A stretch of DNA of 57,152 bases, filler included, from Rhizaria sp. SCN 62-66 (taxonomy: Eukaryota), in the NCBI GenBank assembly GCA_001724265.1. It is 2 parts of 2 records of this genome, joined end to end, with 100 filler letters (N's around TTAATTAATTAA, not from the genome) between each part and the next. Parts side by side here need not be neighbours in the genome. Positions count along the whole stretch, not along the records: positions 28,675 to 57,152 come from MEDY01000387.1; 1 more part is not named here. One strand, 5' to 3'. The position numbers were made by a program, and so were the translations under genes. The notes under the pieces are model-generated. The model had not been told where the DNA came from. It did not search any database and saw only the letters and a list, made by a program, of their open reading frames with translations. Below are positions 43,850 through 54,000 of this stretch, one piece after another. Numbering within the stretch: position 1 is the stretch's first letter; the number at the start of each line of letters is the position of its first letter.

Positions 43850-46072
43850 TTAGAGATAAATGGGCCCGACGGTGCCGGGAACAAGGAAGGCGACGTCGGC
43901 GACGCAGCGGAAGATGTGGATGGTGCTCCAGACCATCGACATGATGAAGAGCAGCAGGAAGCAGATTTTCTCCACGAAGAAGAAGTGGAACTCGGCCACC
44001 ATGAGGAAGTAGAAGCCCGCGAAGAGTGACAGCACCAGCGGCAGCATCAGCGCCAGCGTCACGCCTGACCGCAGCTGCGCAGCCGCGGTCGCCGCAACGC
44101 TCCCGCCGTGACCGGCCGCAGCAGCGGCGGCGGCGGACTTGCCGCCCTTGCCCGCGCTGCCGGGCAGCGGCTTGCCGTTGGCGCCGAGTGGCACCATGGC
44201 GACGGGCGCGCCGGCCGCGGAGACGCCCCCGGCGCCGGCGCCCGAGTCTGTCCAGTCGGGGTCCTCCAGGTCCCCGTCGCCGTCGTCGCCCATGGCGCTG
44301 CCGCCGCCGCGGATGCCCACGGCGACGTGGCCGCCACCGCCGCCGCCGTGGGGGCTAGCCAGCGGCATGTCCAGGTCCAGGTCCGTGTCGTCGTTGGCAG
44401 CCAGCGGGGAAAAGCCGCCCATGCCGCTGAACGCGCTGCCGGCGCCGGCGCCGCTGCTGCTGCTGCCGGCGCCAGCACCGCCGCGGAGGAGGCCCTGTCC
44501 GAGCTTGACGGTGAAGAAGTCAAGCCGCATGACGACGGCGAGCGCCTGCTCGACCGAGGCGCCGAGCGGGGGCAGCTCGGCGTTGCCCAGTGCGGCGGCG
44601 GTCGCCATAGCGGGCGCGGGCAGCGGGGCTGCGAGTGCGGCGTCAGCGGCGGGCAAGCCCTGCGCGAAGGGCGCCTCCTTGGGCGGGGCCAGGACGACGG
44701 CGAAGAGCGAGAGGGCGGCGTAGGGCACGAGCACGAGGTATCCGGCCACGGCGGGCCACGCGTACACCGGCGGGATCTCCTGCGGCACCTGCGTGGCCGC
44801 GCAGTACACGGCGGCAAAGAAAGAAGCGAGAGCGGCGACGCGCGCGCAGAGGGGCACGCCCGCGGCGATGGCCAGAGCGCGCGCGCGCGTGCGAAGTGCG
44901 TCGATGGAGCGGAGCTTGCCGAGCGAGGCCGAGGCAACGAGCGCGAGCGCGGCGATGGCCACCTGCAGCAGCACGGTGGACACGACGAAGGGTGCGTAAG
45001 AGTCCGGCAGCGTCACGCGGACCGCGTTCCAGGCGCGCACAGTGTGAAAAAAGATGTGCGGAAACCAGTTCCAGGGCTTGAAGAGCGGGCCGATGCAGTA
45101 GGCGATGGTGCCAATGGGGAGCCCGTCGTCGTCGTTGCTGAACGGGTGCTGCGCGCGGCGGAAGTAGTCGTACGAGAAGAACGGGTACCAGAAGACAGAG
45201 TTGAAGTTGTACTCCATGGGGTAGCGCATCAGCGGCGCCTCCGAGGGCGCGCCGCCCGAGAGCAGCATGGCCGTGGCGTTGAAAAGCGGCGCGGCGTCGA
45301 GACCCGGGAAGGCGGCGGTGAGGAAGCCCTGGTCGGCGCCGTCGTAGGAGAAGATCTTGAGTGAGAGGAGCGAGTCAAGCAGCGAGTGGAACAGCGCCGC
45401 GTCGGGCTTCACGACCATCAGGCCCGTGTGGAAAAACAGCGGGTTCATGAAGGTGTTGCAGTAGTGGCCGCAGAGGAAGAGCTCGTCGACGTTGCGCACG
45501 ATGAGGTTGTCGGCGTCGAGGTACATGACGCGCTCGTACTCGACCAGGTTCCAGATGTAGAGCTTGTTGAAGGTGAACTCGAAGCGCGACTTGTAGGTGC
45601 GGCGCGCCTGCTGTGTGGCCTTGTACGGATTGGGGATGTTGGGCACTTCGCGGATGATGGCGCCGACCTCGCGGAAGGCCTGCTTGGTCGACTCGCGCAC
45701 GTTTGTCGCGCATAGCACCACGATGTCCTGCTTCGTCCCGGAGTCGCGGATCGACTTGATCACCACGCGCGAGCCCAGCACGTAAAGGTCGTCCTTGGGC
45801 GTGCCTTCGTAGTGGATCATGACGTAGGCGAAGCGCGAGTGCGCCACCGAGGGCTCCAGCACGGGGTACTGCGTGTGGAAGGCCAGCGCCTTGGACACGT
45901 CCAGGTCCATGGCCACGTAGTCTTCGCGGGAGATCTCGTCGTCGCCGTCGGCAACCGTGGGGGACGGGAGCACCACGCACAGCAGCAGCGCGAGCGCCGC
46001 GAGCAGCACCGTAAACCGTGCGAGCCGCGAGCGACGGCCGCCTCGGGGTACGGATGCGAAGAGGCTGAGCAT
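43850..46072 (-). CDS. GT8 glycosyltransferase, plant PGSIP7/PGSIP8-like, N-terminal anchor plus C-terminal multi-TM region, 740 aa
   Basis: AYVMIHYEGTPKD..Y, NPYK...RFEFTFNKLYIWNL..YERVMYLDADN (DxD), DELFLCG..C..F.NP..FHTGL, DGADQGFL, KPWNW, as recalled for PGSIP7/8. Confidence 0.85.
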   Translation of the reverse strand: MLSLFASVPRGGRRSRLARFTVLLAALALLLCVVLPSPTVADGDDEISREDYVAMDLDVSKALAFHTQYPVLEPSVAHSRFAYVMIHYEGTPKDDLYVLGSRVVIKSIRDSGTKQDIVVLCATNVRESTKQAFREVGAIIREVPNIPNPYKATQQARRTYKSRFEFTFNKLYIWNLVEYERVMYLDADNLIVRNVDELFLCGHYCNTFMNPLFFHTGLMVVKPDAALFHSLLDSLLSLKIFSYDGADQGFLTAAFPGLDAAPLFNATAMLLSGGAPSEAPLMRYPMEYNFNSVFWYPFFSYDYFRRAQHPFSNDDDGLPIGTIAYCIGPLFKPWNWFPHIFFHTVRAWNAVRVTLPDSYAPFVVSTVLLQVAIAALALVASASLGKLRSIDALRTRARALAIAAGVPLCARVAALASFFAAVYCAATQVPQEIPPVYAWPAVAGYLVLVPYAALSLFAVVLAPPKEAPFAQGLPAADAALAAPLPAPAMATAAALGNAELPPLGASVEQALAVVMRLDFFTVKLGQGLLRGGAGAGSSSSGAGAGSAFSGMGGFSPLAANDDTDLDLDMPLASPHGGGGGGHVAVGIRGGGSAMGDDGDGDLEDPDWTDSGAGAGGVSAAGAPVAMVPLGANGKPLPGSAGKGGKSAAAAAAAGHGGSVAATAAAQLRSGVTLALMLPLVLSLFAGFYFLMVAEFHFFFVEKICFLLLFIMSMVWSTIHIFRCVADVAFLVPGTVGPIYL

Positions 46073-46723
46073 AGGCGTGCGGTAGCGGCGGGCTAGCGGG
46101 ATGGACGGAAGGACTTAGTAAGTGCTTCCTTTATTTTTACACTGCCTTGTCAGTTGGCAGCACCAAAATGCAGATGATGTGCAAAGAAGAGGTCTTTGGC
46201 AGACAACGGAGCGAATAGAGACGAAGGTGATGCGGAGATGACGTTGGGGCGTGAGGGTGCGTGTCAGCGATTGAAATAAACAGCAATAGATTTGCGCGGT
46301 AAAGTTTTGAATAAAAAATATGTTAGAATCAATAGAGTTTAATTCTAAAATAACATTTGATTTTAGTTTAAACGAATGTAGTTTGCACACGATTCAGTTT
46401 CAAAACTGTTCGTGCGGTTCATGGTTGAGTGTTGGCAAGAGCGCGCAGCGGACCTCTTGGTCATAGTTACACCAACAAACGCAAACAAAGGCGTCATCGC
46501 CAGATATAAACCCCAAACCAAGAGTGCAGACATAGACAAAAGAACTGTTGTGTATAATAATAAAAACATCCTTCCAGGATGCATACAAAACGAAAAAGAC
46601 GAAGGATGAGATACTGAAAAGCAATCGCGCTTACACACACACAAAGAGATCGACGATCATCGCTCTCCAGGGCTCCTGCAGCGCGTCACGCTTTCCGCTC
46701 CGCTCTGCTCCGCAGCGCCAAGC

Positions 46724-48498
46724 TTAGCCAAAGTGGAAGTGGAAGCCGCCGCCGCCGCCACCGCCGCCGCCGCCTCCGGGGAAGCCGTGGAAGGGGAAGG
46801 GGAATCCGTGGCCGCCGCCGCGTGGGCCCTGCGGCATCTCGATGTCCTCGCCGCGGTCGTACTTGCCGCGCTTCTCGTCGTCGATCAGGATCTCGTAGGC
46901 GTTGCCGATGTCGTGGAAGCGCGACTCGGCCTCGGCCTTCTCGGCCTCACCCTGCACCATGTCGGGGTGGTGCTGCTTGGCGAGCTTCAGATAAGCCTTC
47001 TTGATCACCTTCTTGTTGGCCGTTTTGGCCACGCCAAGGATCTTGTACCAGTCCTTGCGCGAGGCCTTCTTGACCTCGACCTGCGCGCGGTGCACACCCT
47101 GGCGACCGCACTGAGAGTTCTGGTCCGTCTGCGACGCCTTGTTGAAGGCGGCCTCGGCGGCGGCCCAGTCCTCGCGCACGAAGTGGGCCTCGCCGACCTG
47201 GCACCACGCGTCGGCAGAGTTCACGCGCTGTGCGACGGCCTCGCACGTCGTCAGTGCGGCCGCGCCCTGGGGAAGTGGACGGGAGAGCGAGAGTCAAGGG
47301 GAAGAGTGTCAGGGTGAGTGTTAGTTCGAACAAACATTGATGATTGATTGGCATAGAACACGTAAAATTCGCATTTAAGAGAAGTGCCGAGAGAAAGTAC
47401 TACTGAATATACAATGAAGTTCATGAAATGCGTAGTTTTGCAGATGTTATCTTTTCGTACCTGTCCGGAGACCTTAAGCAGCGCGGCGCACTTCTTCTCC
47501 TCGATCTGCCCCAGCACGACGCGGGGGCGCGGGTCGACGTCGCGGGCCTCATCCAGCCGCGCGACGGCGTCGCCGTGGCGGCCCTGCTGCGTGGCCTCCT
47601 CGGCGTCGTCGAGCTTCTTCATCAGCGAGCGCACGAGCTTAAACCGCTTCTGCAGCACGCGGTGCTCAGGGTCGCCGCGCAGACCCTGCTTGTAGTGCGC
47701 CACTGCGTTGGCGTGCTCGCCGAGCAAGTAATACGCGTCACCGCGCGTCGTCAGCGCGGGAATGTCGTCGGCATTGGCTTGCAGCACGTGTCGCGTGTCG
47801 AGGATCACCTCATGCAGCCGCCCGGCGGCCAAATGCAGCTCGGCGCGCTGGCTGTAGTGCTCGGGCCCGCCCAGCTGTAGCGCGATCACGCCGTCCAGCG
47901 CGGCCAGCAGCGCGGCCTGCTGCGGAGCGCTCTGCTCCGCCACGGGCCGCCACTCGGCCTGCTCCTGTGCGTGCTCCAGCGCGGCCAGCGCGGCGGCGCA
48001 GCGCTGCGCGCGGTCGAGCGGCTGCGCGGCCTCGGGGCCCGTCGCGCGCTGCAGGTCCGCCACGGCCGCCGCGCACTCACCCAGCTGCGTGCGGGCCTGG
48101 CCGCGCACTAGCAGCGCCTTGTTGCCCTGCTGCTGCACAGCCGCGGCGGCGGCGGCGTCGCTGTTGGCGGCGGCGGCGGTGGCGGCGTCGATGGCGCGGG
48201 AGGCGTCGGCGACGACGGCCGACCAGTCACGGCGGCGCTGGTTAAGCGCGGCGCGCTTGAGGTAGGACGCCGCGGTGGGCTCCAGGTCGATGAGCTGGGC
48301 CAGGTAGCTGGCGGCCGTGGCGAGGTCGCCCGAGATCATGGCTTCGTCGCTCTTGCGGCGCAGCATCGCTGCCGAGACGGCGCTGCCGTCGGGCTGCTGC
48401 GGCGGCGGCGAGGGTTGCGCGGCGACGAGGACGTCAGTGAAGGTGCCGAGGGAGAGCAGTAGCGCGGCCGCGACGGCGACGAGGCGCGGGAGCATCAT
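46724..48498 (-). CDS. DNAJC3: DNAJC3/P58IPK-like ER TPR + J-domain co-chaperone, 526 aa, exons 48498-47461 and 47266-46724
   Basis: Signal peptide, multiple TPRs (RGDAYYLLGEH...GLRGDPEH), KDWYKILGV...KKAY.KLA..HHPD...RGKYDRGED, and C-terminal GGFHFHFG. Confidence 0.9.
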
Positions 48499-49263
48499 TC
48501 GCGACAGACTCCTTGTGTAAGTGTGGGTTCAGACTACGGAGCCTGCAGACGGGCTCTGAGAGTGGCTGAGGGGAATGGGAGGGTTGGGGGCTAGAAAGGA
48601 GCAGAGGTCAAACCCAGCTAAGAGAAGCAGGCAAGGAGTGGGTCCTGGAAGGGCGGGAGCAAAAGCAAATAGTGAAGACAGGGAATCGTGAGCGATGACG
48701 TCAAAAGTTGCAGACGACCCTGCTTTAAGTGTCTGGACGATTTTACTTTGGGTCCTGTTTACGAGTGGATACGCGGCGCACGCCGAAATGATTAAAATAA
48801 CACACAAGTAAAACAAATCTTCTGGTCATTATCGCGTCATTTTCATGCGTCCACAGCCGTAGTAGGCCAGGATAGACGCTCGTATCTTGCTGACAAAGCG
48901 TCTTTCGCCTGGCCACCCGACCTTGGGCGACCGTGGGCTGGTCACGATGGCGACCGTGAGCAGACCCTTCAGATGCACAATAATTAGTACTTGGACACCA
49001 CAACACTATTTTTATGGGTTACAAATAAGGTAACGCGGTAGCCACGCGGTTGTTTCATCTTATATCTTGCATTCACTTTATCTGACGGATAGTAGTCATG
49101 TTTTTTGGGTGATTTTTTACTCTTGTGGATGAGCCTCACATCTCTGTTTTTTACATTTTTCTTGCCCTACAGCGGTCTATCTTCCTTCTGTGTGGATGAA
49201 AACTTTCCAAACAAAGTAACTAGTAACCACCCGTCTTATAGTCTGAGAAGACCTGTCCACGCA

Positions 49264-49835
49264 ATGGCGTCGTTGCGCCAGAGCCTCTGGGACAACTACC
49301 AGGTTCGTTACAACCCCTCCCTCTCTCTCGTCTTTTGGCTCGTCCCTAGTCCCTTCGCTCACACTTCTTTCTTTCCCGCTTTTCCTACAGGCTCTGGACC
49401 AGGACACTGAAGTCTTGATTGGCGCGTTGCTGCGCGACATCGACGTCCTTACGCGCGGCGACGAGGCGACGTTTCTGTCGTATCAGGGCCCGCTGCGTGA
49501 GTCGCGCAACCGCACGCGGTACCACACCAACCCGCCCATCTCGTGCTACGACGAGCTCAAGCAGTGGCGCACGCTCCGCAAGGACACGCGCGCGCTCGCC
49601 GCCGAGGCAGCACCCGACGCCGCCGCCGCGCCCGCGCGCTGCCCCCGCCACAGCGGCAGCCACAGCAACAGTCTCAAGCAGAAGAGCAATGCTCGTGTTG
49701 CAAGCGTTGATGCGAGTATCATTTCTACTGTTGCGCCCGAGCACGTGCTGATCGGCCCCGCGCGCGCCTAGCAGCCGCCGGCGCTGCCGCAGCAGCTCTC
49801 CGTGTCGTCCACGACTACCGACGCCCCCCTCGACG

Positions 49836-49875
<40 letters not shown>

Positions 49876-51007
49876 TTCCGGCTCTGAGGCCTCGTCTGCC
49901 GCGGCGGCAGCGGGTGGGCTGACCGCGGCGCAGCGCCGGCGCGGCTCGCGGGGCGCCCTGACCCCCGTCTCGGGCGCAGGCGCAGGCGTAGGCTCAGGCT
50001 CCGGTGCCGGCGTTAGTGCTGGGGCTGGGGCCGGGTCCCCAGTCGCCGCGAGTGCTGCTGCGTCGGCAACGGCTTCCGTGAGTGCGAGCGCGAGCGCGAG
50101 TGCCGCTGGCGCGGGCACTGGCGCGGGCGCTGGGGGGCTGGCGCGGCCGCACACGGCGTCGTCGGCCGCGATCACCAGCTCCCGCGGCGCCTACAGCGGC
50201 CCTTATAGCGGCATCTATAGCGGCTCCAAGCAGACTCAGCAGAACGCGCCAAGCTCGCCGCAGTCGCAGACCGCTCAGACGGCGGGGGGCGCGAGAGCAA
50301 GGATGAGAGCGAGCCTGACTGGCGTGGCTACGGCCGGCAGAGGCGTGGGCGGCTCGCTCACCGGCAGAGCGAGAGGAGGCACGGCGACTATGCTCGACGC
50401 GGTTGCCACCGACACCGAGTTGCCGCCGCAGTCCCAGCGGCAGCCGCAGCAGATGCAGAAGCAGCGGCGCAGGCGCGGGCGTCGCGGCCGCCGTGGCCGT
50501 GGCCGCAGCGGCAAGGCGGCTCTCTACTGCTCCACCCACAGCCTCAGCCACGGCGACCTAACAGGCTCGACCTCAGCCTTTGCCCCCGCTGCTGCTGCTG
50601 CTGCGGCGGCTGCGGCTGCTGCTAATGCAGTGGCCGTCTCTTGCCCCGCGTGCGCGCGCCTGGCCGGGCCGCCGCACCGCTGGGTCGCTTCACTGACGCC
50701 CAACCAACACAACAACAACAGCAACAGCAACAACAGCAGTGTGATTCGGGGCGCGCCCCGGGCCCGCGCCAGCAACGGCCTCAGCAACAGCAGCACGACC
50801 CGCGGCTCCCGCGGCCCTGGCCTCACCGCCAGCTCCAACACCGGCGCTGGCGCTGGCGCTGCGATAATCGGCGGCGCTGACGGCAGCGGCTGCGTGTACG
50901 CCGACGCCGACGCCGGGCTCGAGCCCTCGGCGTCCCCCGCGCCCTCCCAGTCGCAACACTCGCTCTCGCAGCAGCGCTCTGGCACTGGCACTGGGGCTGG
51001 CGGCGGC

Positions 51008-51048
<41 letters not shown>

Positions 51049-54000
51049 GCACCTGCTGCGGCGGCGCGCGACGGGCCGGTCTGTGGCCGAGTCCGCGGCC
51101 TGGGGCTCGGACGCCGACCAGAGCGAGATCTCGGCGCTCAACCGCGCCATGATGCGCACCGCAGCGGCCGCCGCAGCAGAGGCTGATGCTGCGACCGCTG
51201 CCGCTGGAGCAGTGCCAACCGAAGTCTCCGGCTCCGGCTTCGTCACGGGCGCTGGCGCGATGCGTTCACCGCCGCCGCAGCAGCAGCAACAGCAGCAGCA
51301 GCAGCATCACCGCAACACGTACACCAGCGCGTCCGGCCTCGGCAGCGGCCGCTGCGCCGCCACCGCTACCGCCTCTGCTGCCGCTGCTGCTGGGGACCAC
51401 AACGCCGTCACCGGCGGCGGCGGGCAGACCGCAGCGCGCGCGCCGATCGTGGGCCGCGGATCCGGCTCCCGCGCGCTGGGGCTTGGGCTCGGTGCGCTGG
51501 GCCAGGGCGGCCGGCGGCGCGGCGGCAGCAACGCTGGCCGGTCGAGGTACGGCTACGACGGCGCCGGCAACGGCAACGGCGGCGGTGACGACGACGACGA
51601 CGACGACAGCGACGACGTGATCGACGGCGATGACGCCTACAGCGTCGGCGACAGCGACAGCGCCTCGCAGCAGCAGGCCTTCGACACACCTGTCCACGGT
51701 CACGCCCACGGCAACGGGCTCGGGCACGGTCTGGGCAGCGGCCCCGGCAGTAAGCGCGCGTCGGTCGCGCGCGCCCACAGCGGACGCGTGCCCTCTGCTA
51801 GGCACGTGTTCCGGCCCCAGCAACAACAACAGCAGCAGCAACATCAGCATATGACGCATGTGCATGCTGTTGCTGCCCCCAGCGCTGCTGTCCAGGGCCA
51901 AGCACCAACGCCTGGAGCAGCTGCTGTAAGCTCAGAGCCCGTTGTCGTGAACGGCGCGCTACTGGACCTCCTGAAGGAGGCCGCCGCCGCCGCCGCCGCC
52001 GCGCTTGCGACGATGGCCTCCGCCACCGCCCCAGCCACCAACAACACGCAGAGCCACGCGCAGAGCCACGGTCACGCTGCGGACTCCCACGTGCCCGTCC
52101 CGCCGCCGCGCTCGCCGCCGCAGTCGCGGCCGTCGTCGCGGCCGTCGTCGCGCACCCACACACGCACCGCCACTCACATTGGGACTGCGCCACCGAGTGC
52201 GACTGCGCCACACGCGGCGACTGCTGCGACAACGGCAGCGCAACTGCAGCCGCACCCGCCGTCGCAGCCGCCGCCGGCGTCGCAGCCGCCGTCCCGGCCG
52301 CAGTCGCGCTCGCAGCAATCGCGGCCGGTTACGGCCACGGCCACGGTCACCGCCATGGCCGCGGCCGCAGCCGTAGCGCGCCCCGGCTCGGCGGCTGCCG
52401 CGGCGGCGCATCTCCCCGCGAGCGTTGCAACTTCTCACGCGACGCCCGTGGCCAGCGCCGCGGCGAGTGCGGCCACACCGGTGGCGTCGGCCAGTGCTGC
52501 GACGCCCGTGGCAGCCGCGGCGAGCTGCACGACGCCGGTCTCGGGCGCGACGACCCCGGTGGGCCGGCGCGTGATCAGACTGCCGCGCATCTCGCTCACC
52601 GCCACCACCACCACCGCCGCTCCCGCCGCCACCGGCGCTGGGGACGGGGACGGGAGCGCGAGGTCAGCCGCGGTCACGCCGCTGGCGGCCGCGTCGGGCA
52701 TGTTTGTGCCGACGCTGGCGCTGCCGGCTGCGCTGTCTGTGGCACTGGACTCTGCGTGCATCGACACAGCGCACACAGATACGGCACGAACTGACACTGC
52801 GCACACAGACACAGCGCGCACTGATACGGCGCGTAGCGACTCGGGCAACGCGCACACGACCGCGGTGGACGCCGACTCCACGGCCGCTGACCGCACCGAT
52901 GCGACAGAGGCGGAGACGGCCGCCGCGGCTACCACCCCCGCAACGGCCGCTGCCGCCGCCACTGCTGCTGCCGCTAGCGCTGGCGCGGATGCTGGGAACG
53001 CGGGTGCCGCCGGCGCCGCCGCGAGCGCCAACCCAGCCGGTGCGGGCACGAGCACCGGCACGACGCTGCGCCGCATCTCTCTCGCCACGGCCTCCACGCC
53101 CACCGCCGCGGCAGCGGCGCCGGTGTCCGGCTCGCTGTCGGCCGGCTCGCTGTCGGCCGCGGCCTCGCTCTCGGCCTCGGCGTCTCTGTCCACCTCGGCG
53201 GCATCGCTGTCGCTGTCGACCACCGCCGCCGGCTCTGTCTCGGGCGGGGCTGCGACGCCGCGCACGCGCGTGCTGCTGCCGACGGCCGCGGCCACGCCCG
53301 TCGCCTCCGCGACTGCCGCTGCCGCTGCGGGCGCCGGTGCCTCGCAGTCGCCGCAGTCGGTGCAGCCGACGCAGTCGCAGTCGGCGGGGCTTGTTCCTGC
53401 CCCGCTCTCCACTTCAACCTCTGGCAGTGGCACTGGCGCTGGTGCGGGTAAGGGTGTGTCTCCGTCCAAGGGCTCGCCGCCGAAGCGAGATGTGTCGCCG
53501 TCTAAGGGCGACGCATCCCCGTCGAAGGGGGAGAACGCGCCGTCTAAGGGTGTTACTGCCGCCACGAAGATCCCGTCTCCCAGAAAGACAGCTGTTCCAG
53601 CGACCGCTGCCAACAACACTCCCACAGCCTCAGCCACCGCTACCGCGACCTCGACTGCGACTGCAACAGCGTCGACTCCTGTGCTCTCCAGCACGAACGC
53701 AAGCAGCGCCCCCACCGCTGCCAGCGCAAATGCTGCGAGCGCGAGCGCCAGCGCATTGCCGCCGCTGTCGCCGTTCCCGCACCGCTCTTCGATCGCGAAC
53801 GCTAGCGCGAGCACGAACGGCGGCGGCGGCGGCGGTGCTGCGCAGAGCAGCTTCTCGCCGACTTCGCCGGCGCAGGCCGCCGCAGCCCCCGGCACGCCCA
53901 CATCTAGCTCCGCTGGCGTTGGCGTTGGCTCTGGCGTTGGTTCTGGTTCTGGCGCTGGCGCTGGCGCAAGAGTCGGGGCCCGCGCTCCCAGCCCCGCGCA

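Noticed and set aside
7913-49771. Pyrrolysine or programmed readthrough as the explanation for in-frame TAG
   Set aside because: Pyrrolysine is not known in eukaryotes. The sites share no CARYYA-type context or evident common structure, and TAG is missing as a terminal stop.
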